Part shown: piece after piece, positions 50,745 through 62,761 of the stretch
Layout: each line of letters begins with the position of its first letter
Numbering within the stretch: the first letter of the stretch is position 1
NCBI GenBank assembly: GCA_904063045.1
Contig: CAJFCJ010000020.1
Coordinates: forward strand, 1-64,000
Source of the DNA: Dimorphilus gyrociliatus
Lineage: Eukaryota; Animalia; Annelida
Reading direction: 5' to 3'
DNA length: 64,000 bases
Position numbers and translations under genes: made by a program
Notes under the pieces: generated by a model
What the model was told of the DNA's origin: nothing
Databases searched by the model: none
What the model saw: the letters and a program-made list of their open reading frames with translations, nothing else

Positions 50745-53700
50745 AAGGAATTCGATGTACATATATGCTACGTGTTTGGATGATGTTATACCTGTACAAA
50801 AAGAAGCAACTCAATTTTAGAAGAAAAATTTAAGATCAGAAAGAAAAAGTGACAAATTTTATGAAATTTCATAACGAAACAATTACATAATTATTCGAAA
50901 TTCAGTAAGCTGTACTACCGTATGTATTTGTGTCTGTCTATACAGAGTATATTTATATATAGGCTATATCCATATACATAAATCTGGTCGTTTTGCCGCG
51001 TCTATATTATAAGCTCATGCTTTTAAAAAATATGCGAGAGACATTCTACGGCAGCTCAGTAACCTAGACAACGGATTATCAGAGGCGGCTCGAACACTTA
51101 AAAGCCTCCCTTCCCTTCAAACTTCTTTCTTTCGCCCCCCTGTCTTTCATAAAATAACCACTCCCTATATACCTTCCTCTTTTTTTTTGACTTAGGCCTA
51201 AGCTCACGTCCGTCGATCTGATTACTTCCCTTTTGTTCACCGCATGCAGCCGGCCAGACGCCAAACGACTTTACTATCTAAGTGCATCAACGTAAAGAAG
51301 TAGTAAAGGACGGTGGCCGATGGCATAGCCCGTCTTCGGCAGGCAGGCGGTGACATAATGACAAGACCATGCATCAACAAGCATGTTAAGATGTTTGCTC
51401 AGCGAGCCAGTAAGGTGCCACCGGTGCTATACGTTTGTTGACAGACGGGCTTACGCTTACCGAAAGCGAACTGCCTCTCTACTAAAAGCTCTTTAGTAAA
51501 TGCCGCAAAATTACTCGTTAAATCTGCGAGTAAACGGGGCGTATAAGGGGCATATTGTGTCCGGGGCATTGTGCTGAGGCGAAAGTGTGGGTGGGCCAAG
51601 TAGAAAAAATGGAAGAGGGGGACCAAAGCTGGCGGATTGAATGTCAGTATCAGAAATGTCGATAGGCGTCCCCTTAACGTTCTCCGCTTTCCCTCTCATT
51701 CTTTGCCCGTTTTTTACTTTCAATCTATCTCCATGTCGGGTTTTTTCTTTTTCAGATGAGCACGTTCTATAATGTTTGTCCGCCGCTACTCTCCGCACGC
51801 GTGTTAATGTACAAAGGCGGCGGCCAACAGGTAGCATTGCCTTCGTTAGTTGAATGTCTCGGAATTGTCTCTTTTTTCAACTCGAATCTTTTCTTCCGCT
51901 CACGATTATACTGACTCCCTCCTGATAAACGTAAAGACCCCTTTTATAATTCGATCACTGCCCGAGCGCTGTCTTTTCTAGGACGTCACGATCCGACTAT
52001 TACGTAAAAACGTCGTTGGATTGCGCGCTGACGCCTTCTCGCATTTCGTCCGAAAAGGTGCGAACGAACATCGTCTCAATGGAAATCATACTCGCCTCGG
52101 ACGACCGTATACAGACAAAGAGACGCGGGCAATTGAGTTAGCGTCTCCGCCATTTCCATATGAAAACCGCTTCATGGATCAGTCGCCTGCTAAATATTGA
52201 ATTAGCGGCGTTGCGTGTTGTTTTGAGGGGTGCTGCGCGGGTGCAGGTGCGAGCTTATCGATTGGTCACGGTCAAAATCTGCAATATATTACAGTAAATA
52301 TGCAAGGGAGCGTGGTGGCCGGTTTTTTTTCTCTGCTTCTCTTTTTTGATGCGATACGCTTCGTCGCACGAAACGACGGACTCTGCATGCAGCAGCACAC
52401 ACGCACACCATCTGCAGCACTGCATCAATCAGCTCGCATTTTCGCGGTAGGACGCTGATGACGTCTAATCTCCGATGACCATATCCAAATGCGTGCGGCA
52501 TATTACACCTGCGTCAAAAAAAAGAAGGGCAAACGCAAAGCGTTAAAGATGTACAAACCGGCATCTGTCAGCCACAAAAGTTGCCCATGTAAAATTCATG
52601 GAACGAACGACCGTTACGTTTAGCTTGTGCATTTAAAGGCTACATAGGAAAATTTTTCAGACGAGAGGAGGGGAGGAATGGGTGTGGAAATTGGACGAGA
52701 GGGTAATAAAAGTGTGCAATTTTCTCTTTTTTTCTTTTTCTGCGCAAATGCTCACCCGGATCACGTTTCGCTTCTCTTCTAATTAAGGACAATGACGGCC
52801 CCGCGAGTTTCGCCCACAGGACTTATGTTAGCGTATTTATGATATGGAGAGGGTTATATTGAGGAATTAAGAAGCGGTAGGGGTTGACGATGGAAGAAAA
52901 GGGAGAAATTTTCGGAGGGGCGTCACTCCCCCAGGAGGGGGATTGGAACGCGCGTCTATACTCGGCACGCATCCACTTGAAAGAGCATGAAATGCGGCTT
53001 ACGTAAAGGCAGCGTGACGTCAGTAGCCGTAGACAAAGAAGCGACGCCCGGTAACGCCCAGGAAGTGGATGATGGCGCGAGGTCGGAACGAGCACCCTAC
53101 AATCATACTATATCGCGAGGCGTCTAGCAAACTGCCGAAACAGAACGCTTTTGCAGTAACCCCAGTATCGCGACAGCGCTCGGCGCTAATGGACCGACTT
53201 CCGGCACCGACATACATCAACGAACGAGCACGTATAGTTTTCGATTCACCGCAAAAGCGTCTATATCGACGAAAGCATGCAGGTCGGCGACAACGTAATT
53301 ACGTGCAAACATTTACATAGATCGGTCGAGACGTGCGACAAACGCGCGTCATGCATGATTGGTCACGGAGCGCTTTAATGCACCTTCCATTTGGCCGATT
53401 GCTAAAGCAACACGCTATTTGTCGATGAAAAACTCGCTACATGCTTTCTCCATTAGTACTTCTACACCACCAGGTGACGCCTATGACGCCTCATCTCCTC
53501 CCTTTGCTGATCTCGCTATGTCTCTTTCGTCTTCCTCTATATACAGTGTTTGCATACTAATCTAATATAGACGTACAAACGCGACGGCATCGACTGACCG
53601 CTGAGCTGTTTGAAACGGAGATGCGTTGATTAAATTGCTACACTATAAATCCAGTGGCCCCGCAACGTCATCAGCAAATTGCTGCTAGGGCAAGTCTACA

Positions 53701-54529
53701 ACACCCCTAAGGCCGACGTGATGGAGAAGGAAGTGGCGACGACTGCCAGATTGCATGATTGCGCCACATTGTACGGACGCCTGTCACCAATCATTCTCAA
53801 TCACGTCTACCCCCTGAAGAGAGCGTTCGGCGAGTCGCTACCTGAAAGCGTCGCCGTTACGTTGGCGAGTAATTTCATTCGGCGTCGACGTCTAATCAGA
53901 TATTGGTCAGTGATGCATCGTGGGTGGGCGTGTCCCCTCTGAATGGTTGAGTAGTTGAAGCTAAGTTTCCAACGTTCCTAAGGCCCTTCTTTTCATTTGA
54001 AAAAAGCTTCTCTCAGGTCCTTCCCAGTACAAACTTTGACGCTTCCCCTGCGGCGAAAAACACGTACGCGTGCACGTCAGAGTGTGGGCGTCTAGAAGGG
54101 CAGGAAGGGCGTCACGTGTACGATTGTATGGGCCAACAATATATGCACGTGTAGCATGCAATGACTCACACTACGCAGATAGGAGCACGCAATAATTCTC
54201 AAATATCTATATTTCATACCTAACTATTTTTAGACAAACTGTGTTTTGCTGACACCCAGTAAGCGTCCCTAACCCAAAAAACGTCAGTAATATATTGGTG
54301 AATCAAATTGGTGAACGCTGTCACAATCGTTTACTGCTTTTACGTACAACTGCATTATGCCATAACACGGCAAGGCATCAGCTAAAGTAAACTCACTTTA
54401 TAGCCGACCGAGCTCATCGGCCCGTCCGCTTTATCGGCGTTCGCATCACGTTCTATTCTCTGCAAACACGCTAATGCATTATATAACGCTTACGTGTCCA
54501 GTACATTGTAGAGATTTCGGATTGGATTT

Positions 54530-54800
54530 TTCCTCTCTCTCTCTTTCTCTGTTTCTCTCTCTATCTCTCTTTGGACCGGCCCATTCTTTACTTAACAGCT
54601 AATGTTGCTCTCTCTCTCTCTCTCTCCTTCTGTCATTCTTCGATTCCTTCTCTATTTTCCTTTTTTCTTCTTTACTCTATCTTTACCTTTTCTCTTCCAT
54701 TTGCAATATCTTTTTACCCCTCATAAATATCTTTTCCTTTATATTTTTATAAAACATCATACTCTCTCTCTCTCCATACAATTTATTCTCTTTCTCTTTA
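54530..54800. repeat. (CT)n / polypyrimidine low-complexity tract
   Basis: ctctct runs and C/T-rich sequence. Confidence 0.85.
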
Positions 54801-56713
54801 CATTCTACTTATTTTATCGGGTTTTTTAATGTACAGTTCGTATACATTGAGTCGATCAATCTCAACGTCTATTCGTCCGTAATTAATCACGCGTACCTGT
54901 CCGGAACGTGGACCGTTGTTTTCTTTAACGCTTTTCGTCTTTTCATTCGTCGCACCCGTTTTCGATTTTCGATCGGCCCGATTGTTTGCTGAAAATTGAT
55001 TTGTACAAAGTGGCTGGAAAGTCACAAGCAAAAAAGAGTGGAGAAAGAATATACGAGTAAGAAAATAATCTGAATAATCTACGTTTTTTATTTAATTAAA
55101 TAAATTTGACGTTATGGTGTGTTTTTCTGCTTTCTTCTCACAAAAATGTTCTGCTAAAGAGATTGTGGGAAAAACGAGTAAAGAGATAAACCATTAGATG
55201 TCGCTTTCATTATCTTATCGTCCATTTAATCGTTTCTGCGGAGGCAGCAGCCGCCTCCAGCAGCCTCACGCCTCCCCATATAATTCGAGCAGCTTGAATT
55301 CTTTCATCACAGCTTTGTCGGCAACCGACTTTCGTTCTTACATTCGCAAATCAGCTAATTGAACTGCCGGACGCAGCCTTTAATTCCTGTCGAGCCTCTG
55401 GCTTTGCCTGTTTGTTTTTCGCGCCCGTCTCCCTTTCGTCTTTATTAACTCCGCTAGACGGCGTAATTATAAGATTATCCCGGGCGTATTAACGAATTGG
55501 AAGAAACTAATTGAATACATACAATATATGTATACAATGTACATAGAATAAAGTCGCGAATGGAAAACAGACGCGGCGGCATAAAAGGCAACGAGGTTAA
55601 ATGGCAGCGCTTAGGCTATGAACGAGGACAATTAAACTGTCAAATTAAATTCTTTACTTACACAGTAATGGCCCGTCGCAAAGAAGTCGCCCATCGGACC
55701 TAGAGAAACACATTCGATACCATACATTCCCTTTCCGTTTTCAAAACTGTCTCGCACGCATTCAATGAAGCTTGCACGCAGGTCAAAACCCTGTTACGCA
55801 ACTTAAACCAGATGGAATGTAGTACATTGTCGTCTCCAGTACTTTCGTTCAATCACTGAAGCGAATAGGAATAATATGACTGCAGGGGTTTTAAAATAAT
55901 TACCGTTCGAGTGTATATACGGCTTTCAGAAGAAAAAAACTTAACAAATTGCATTATTCGGTCGCCGCTTGTTTTATTAAGAACGGCAGATGCTGTAATT
56001 GAATGAACGGGGATTTTTAGCGTGTCAAATGTGAAACAACGTATGCGAAATGTAATAAAAAGGTTAATGCTTTGCGTCTATGCTCTTACTTGCCGTATTA
56101 AAGCGTCGAGAGGGGAGTGACACGGGAATACATTTCTCTGCTTCCTCCTTCACCCAACAAATATTTGCGATAGATGGAGCCACGTGTGGGAAAGAAGGAT
56201 TTGCATAATAAGTAGTTTGTTTAATGACATCGTATCTTATACGTATTTTCCTGTCTTCCTGGATACAAAAACAATCGGAAAATGGAGTAAAACTATCTAA
56301 CAGATACAATTATGCCCAACAGGGGTCGCAATCTTCAATAGAGTATGTCAACTTCATCAAGATAATTAACTTTCATTCTAAATATAGGTATACCTTGATC
56401 GCTATACACTCGTTTCATTTTTTTAAGAGCGTTTTTGTTTTCGATGGCGAGCGTTTCAGGGGGCGTTTCTGATTGTCATTGAAAGCCCTCAGGCGTTAGT
56501 TTTTTCAGTTAGCAAACAATAAAAACTATTTAACTCTTTTAAAGATAAAGAAAACAATCATTAAGCAATAAACCTTGATGAATTCAGACACTTATATAGT
56601 ACTCAATAACAGCTGTTAGTCTCTTAAACACCCATTCAGGCGTTTTGTTTGCAAATTTCACTTTTTTAGACGCCCGATGGACGTCATAAAATTAACAGTT
56701 TTATTTAAAATTT

Positions 56714-58200
56714 ATGTTACGTTTGATCTCGATATCATTTTATATTCTGTTGAATAGCATTTGTATTACCCGTACATGACCGTCAATTGCTTAAATCGCC
56801 GATTACAAACCGTTCTGATGCTCCACAAGGAGATGAGCGACTACCAGGCGTTGGATTTATCAAGAAATAAAGTAGGATTTATTGTCCCTAACGAATTTGG
56901 AAATGCCAACGTAAAGACTATGAACGTGAGTGCAAATCCTCTTATAACCATTTCTCTGAGGGCGTTTAATGGTGATCTCTGAGCGTCATAGAAGAATGCT
57001 TACAACCCGTAATATATGCTCCGTTGAGCCCCTACTCTTCTCCATTCGGCCGTGGTAAACTGGCATAAAAGAAATAATGAAGTTTTAATATAATAGAGAA
57101 TCGATTATTTAAGGATGCTATCCAAGTGTTTAAAATTGATTGACGCCCTCCCAAAACGATGACATGACGTTGAGTCGATATACTACTGAGATAATTTTTC
57201 ATCGGTTTTACTTTCCATTAGCATTTGGTTACTCAAATATAAAACTTAATTGATTTTTCCTTATATACAACTTGTCGATTTTTTTTTATATCAATAAATA
57301 ATGCCTAAAGCTGTTTACTTCGATTCAAGCTTGTTGATTTTATCAAGCTCTCTTATAATACTCAAGATTAGCTGAATTCATCCTCATCGAAATTGTCCTC
57401 CACTCGCTAAAGGATTTAAATAATCCATATTACAAATATATACATCGTCTTTAATTAAAACCGATACCAGGTATTGTTAGTGAGTCTTTCTTATTCAATA
57501 AATTCAATTTCAAAAGATTAAAGGATAGATGATAGATTTATTAACAATGCAAATCATTCGGTCATTCTGCTCTCTTCTAAATCAGTTTTGCACTCTGAAC
57601 TTTTGTCTTAAATAATCAGAAAAAAAAAATTTGCTGGGATAATAAATAAGACGTGATAGGTCGGCTGACCCGGAACAAATGCGGATTGTTGTCAATTGAA
57701 CGCTTTATAAAGATTGATCCTTGAAGATAATCCGCTAGTTTGTAATTGTTCGTTGTTGTGCGTAAAGAGATTAACTCCTATAAATAGAATTCAGCTTTAA
57801 ACTTTACTATTTTACAGCACTTGTACCTTCGTATCAGAAAGACTTCCTCATGGATCATTTAACTCTAAAATGGTACTCGAATGAGGAAGGAAGCTGAAAG
57901 GTCTTAGGGAGATGTGAAAAGAAAAAGCACAGTTAAATTGTACAGATGCTGTCAATAAGTTCCATTAGCCTTCTGTCTCCTGGGAATATGGCAAACTGAA
58001 ATAAAATCGTTCTCTGCTTTTTCATGTTTTCTGCTATTTGTACACGTGTTTTCACGACAGTTATATGCCGTTGGGAGAAGGAAGATCACACCTCTGTTTT
58101 CTACAATACACAGCCGAAAGTGCATTGGTTATGTAACGGGTATAGAGAAAAGAAAACACGTTTAAGTTTACAAACGTCTAAAAATAGTCAATATTGAAAT
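56714..58200 (+). pseudogene. Decayed leucine-rich-repeat transmembrane protein gene (signal peptide, LRRNT, LRRs, LRRCT, TM)
   Basis: MLRLISISFYILLNSIC (56714) is out of frame with TVNCLNRRLQTV..ALDLSRNKVGFIVPNEF..KTMNVSANPLITISLRAFNG (56761-56982). LILEDNPLVCNCSLL (57714) matches the LRRCT start; hydrophobic IVLCFFMFSAICTRVFTTVIC near 58005-58070. Many stops in between. Confidence 0.65.
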
Positions 58201-58399
58201 ACAGGTATTTCATTTGTAATTTAATCTCTTTTGAAGGTTTTTTTTAATAATACTACTGTTTTTTTAAACGAAATTTTTGGTAAATAGATGAGAAATGAAT
58301 TTTGATATATTCAAAAATGATATATATTTCTATCTATCTATCATTCATTCGCTTGTTTTCGAAATGCTAAGAGTATTAAATATTTAATTTCTCAGATAG

Positions 58400-58446
58400 T
58401 CGCTAGATGTCAGTATCTTGCTAACAAATCCGCTTCCATCTAGCGG
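58400..58446. promoter_or_regulatory. Inverted pair of CTCF-like motifs
   Basis: TCGCTAGATGTCAGTA (plus, 58400) and CCGCTAGATGGAA (minus, 58434-58446). Motif matches only. Confidence 0.4.
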
Positions 58447-59435
58447 TTATGAAATCAGGTATGATAAAGAAAGAACAGAAGGATTATTTAATGCTATTAC
58501 TCTATTTTTTTTTATCAACAAAGATTAGAAGTCTTGTATTCTCTTTAATATATAATTCCAAAAATCTGTATATGTCGATATATTGATATGGTATTAAGGT
58601 CAGCGGTTATACAAAAGAGAATGCAAGCTAAGTCATGTTTATAACAATTTGGAACACAACGAAAAGATCAAAAAGAAAGAGAAAAAGTATTAAATGTGAT
58701 AAGGCTAGACAAAATAAAGGCTTGAAAGAAAAATTAGGACTCATAAAACGCGGGGAAGATCTTAAAGATCCATTTTCGAAAAAGATATATATCAGAGATT
58801 TTTTTTTTCTCTTCTAAAATATTAGCTGCTTTGAACGCGAAAAAATATAATAAGAATGCTGTATAGAGTATAGAGTTTAGGTAAAAGTCTCTCCCTAGGA
58901 AGATGGAAATTAAGCTACTTATTGTAGAAATATTCCCAATCTAAAAATATCTGAGGAAATCTTCATCTAGTTATAATGTAAGGTAAAGGATACAACATGT
59001 GAGATTTTTTGAAATTAGATATAACAAATCTATTTTGACTTGAAAGTGAATGAAGATTTTTTTAGCAAATTACATATTTTTCAATCATTTTAATTTTAAA
59101 CTGTACTAAAAACATTTTAATTTGTAATACTAGTCTTATATTTCATTTAAATAACTTTATTTAAATAGTTAGCTCATTTCTGTTGATCGGTATAGAAACT
59201 AATACAATGCAAAAACACAAATAATATGTTGAAGTTGTCATTACATAAACAAGATTACTATTAAAATAATGTTAATCTAAGAGTGGAGAGAATGGAGAGT
59301 CGAGAACATTAGAAGCATTTAAAGATGTAAGTGTCAATTGCTCCTAAGTATATTACTCTCTCAAATTTTTACTTATATATTTAAAGTCTCGTGTCTTGCA
59401 TAATGTCGTGTAATTAAAAACTTCACACTATTAAA

Positions 59436-60875
59436 TTATATGGAATATCGTCTATTGTTAATATAATTAGCGAAAAATGTATGTCTTGGACCTTCTAATG
59501 TTAATGTATTTATGCCAGGCGTGGATTGTAACAACAAGTTGCCTTGAAAATCCATTGGAAACTCAGTGAGAGAAGTTTGCTTAAGAGGAACGTCTGTTTC
59601 TTCAAGAAAATACTCCTTGCTTATGTGTCTTCTACACATGGAAAGCTCCCTTAAAACACATTTTTCGTTTTTCCTTCGTAGTTTCAAATTTCTCAACATA
59701 AAATCATTCATTAGGGTTTTGCTTGTTGTGTCTTTCATATCAGAATTATTGCGTCTGCCTAAGACGAAAGATTGAACGAAAGAAAGCATCCCCTTTAGAG
59801 TTGTATGATGAGAATAGTAAATCAATGGATTTATAACCATTGATGTCTTGGCAATAAAACCGCCTAACGTGGATAATGTAGGCGTAATATACTTATACTT
59901 TGAAAGAATAGTGCAGATAGCCACAAAAGAATATGGCATCCAAGTGATTATGAAAGTTACAATAATAATAAAAGTGGTCTTTGTTATTCTTAGTTCAATT
60001 CTTTTGCGTCGATTGTTTTTATGAAATCTGTACATTTTCGAGGAGGATCTTTCATGTATACAAACCTTTAATGAGATTCTCACATATGCAAAAGCTATTG
60101 TGGCTACTGGCAAGACAAATCCTAGGATTATCATTAGTCCAATTATTAACTTATTAGGAAAACTGAAGTTAAAGAAATCCAAACCACAAGAAGTACCATA
60201 GCCCTCGAGAACATAACCCTTTGTTAAAAGTGGTATAGTGGACCACACTATGGAATAAATCCAACAACCTCCTAAAGATAGAAGTGCTGATCGAGTAGTA
60301 ATAGTAGAATCGGCAAATGAGGAAGTTATAACATGATGACGTTCAATAGCAATAATCGTTAGAATTGCAATGGCAGAAAAGCCCGACAAAGCTCCAGTGA
60401 AACCATAAATCAGACAACCTGGTAATTAGTTTTGGTCAGCCCACCTGTGTAACTTTAGAAAAACAATATTATTGGTAATTACAGACCTGAAATACCAAAT
60501 TTCCAACATCCTTGGAAGCTACTAAGGGTGAAAAGAATCCCGCCAGGAAACGCCATTAAAAGATTGCTAACACATAAGCTGAAGTAGAAATAAGTTGTTT
60601 TTCTTTTACGCTCTTTATCTCTATTGAGTAAATAATTGAAGAAACTTGAAAACATATTAAATTATTTCATAAAAGTTTCCTAAATGTTTGATTCTTTTTA
60701 CTTACCGAATTATACTGAATATAATACTTCCATTTATCAATATTCCTATAAGCATAATAAATAACATTAAAATGCCGAATGAAGCATGTTGGTAAGGTGT
60801 TGGGGGATTAAATTTTAGCCAAAAATTGTTAATATTCATATTTCCACATAGAGTCCAGTTTCCAAGCTCAACCAT
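59436..60875 (-). CDS. Opsin, divergent rhabdomeric (r-opsin)-like, 428 aa; exons 60706-60875, 60487-60620, 59436-60418
   Basis: Seven hydrophobic segments; GCLIYGFTG (Cys110, Tyr113), IAIERH, YVLEGYGTSCGLDF (Glu181, Cys187), KVCIHE..ELRITK, TWMPYS, FIAKTSMVINPLIY (retinal-binding Lys296). Phases consistent (1287 nt). Confidence 0.92.
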
Positions 60876-62629
60876 TTTTTAATAGTCCGAGTGTCTGATA
60901 AAACATTCATAGGTGGCAGTCTGCTCAATGATTGGTGAACACGAGGACTATTCCTTTAAAAAGCATGATACAAATTCTGAAATTACGTTGAAATATACGT
61001 TTTGTTCTTTGTAATAGAAAGTCTCTCTTACTATTGTATTGAGGTAATATATTGATATGAAATCCTTGATGGGATATAAGGAATATTTCACTAAATTCTA
61101 TGAAATCAGGTAAACCTACATATTAGAAAACAAGCATATCAAACTTTTGTATAAAAGGATTGATTTTCAGGAAGTTGATAAAAATGAAACAGAATATATG
61201 CAAGTATTTACCTTAATCCACTACAAAACAGTTGATAAGCGTCTAAGTACAAACAAGATAAAGAGATGAGCTTTCGTCAGACCCATTGCAAAGCCACAAT
61301 CTACAACTGGAAATGAAAAGGAAACTTTGAAGCAGTATACACTATTAAATATTTAAGTTGTATTTAATTTTGTGGTAGTTATCTTATAAACGCAATATCA
61401 CGCAAGAACTATTAAGTTGCATTCTAAAGATTCTAATTATTATCCCTAAATTTATTAAGTCTAATCTTTATTCAATTTGATATAAATATACTAAGGAATT
61501 ATTACTTTCTTTATTTAAACTATAACATTACTAAGGATATTCTCTATTCCTTTTTTAATGATAGTTGTTATAAATCACTCGTTTTTTTAACTAATTTTGA
61601 TATATTATGCAATAATATTAGTTTATTTTTCTTACCTCTGTCTTAATTGGAAATACATTAAATTCCAGCATCTGACAGTGTTGCTCTTTTGATACCAACT
61701 CTTTCTGTCCAAAAAGTGAATTATTAATTATTAGTAAATTACTCGAAACTTCAGTCTATACTCTTCTACTTTCTTGGGGAATGTGGCTCCATCTACCTCA
61801 CAAACTCCGAATATACTAAGAACAAAGAGAGTCATTTAGTGCTAGTTGAAACGCTGAAAAGTATGTAGAGTTAATGCAAATCTGAAATAATGTTGCTCTT
61901 TAATAATAAATTAATGATTCATGTAAAGTTTCTATCATTAATCGAAAATATAAAATGAAGTAAATTTTTCTTTTTACACCTAATAGGACTTATTCAAAGA
62001 GAAGATTTAGACTTCTAAGAATGAATAAATTCCTAGAATTATAATTGTTAGATTTTAAAATAATGGCTATCTATTAATTCATATAATTTTTTATCATAAT
62101 ACTATCTTGAATCATTATATCAAATCTAATTTAAGAAATCTTGATATGGTTCGTAGGAGGCAAATGTGTTTTATGGAAAATTTTATAAAAGTAATTTTGC
62201 ATTTGCATCTTCTCTTCAATATATTTAACTAAAAGGGAAAGAGCAGAACAGTCTAAAAAGGGAAGAAATTCAAGTATTTCAACTTTTCTTCCGGCTAACA
62301 GAAGTTATCTATTTTCTTGTTTACAACTCATGAAAATAGTCTGTAAACTAGTCTTTCTGATTAAGTTTCTTGTCTGATATAAAAAAAAGCAAGTGCTGCT
62401 ACACCTAACTGATAAGTAAAAAAATTAGCCTGTTTGAAAAAGAAATTCTGAAAAAGAGAGTTTATTATTGATGATAATGGCATTTTTCATAAAAAAAAGA
62501 AAAAAGACAAATTTCAAGCACTAAATACTTCTCTTCAAGCACAAAGGCGAACTAAATCGCAAATTATGGAACAAAAACAAGTGTACCATTTTTTGAGAAT
62601 GATTACTGTACATATATTTAGGCGTATAT

Positions 62630-62672
62630 TATATATATTTTGTATATATATATATGTATATATATATATACA
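62630..62672. repeat. (TA)n microsatellite
   Basis: tatata run in the 3' flank of the last gene. Confidence 0.9.
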
Positions 62673-62761
62673 TACTTTTAATATAATAACTATATTTTTG
62701 TAGATATAAACAATTGTATAACGTACTGTAGAAATAGAATACATTAAAAAAAGATTACAAA

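Noticed and set aside
55812-55835. tggaatgta, the start of miR-1
   Set aside because: Only 9 nt match and no convincing precursor hairpin.
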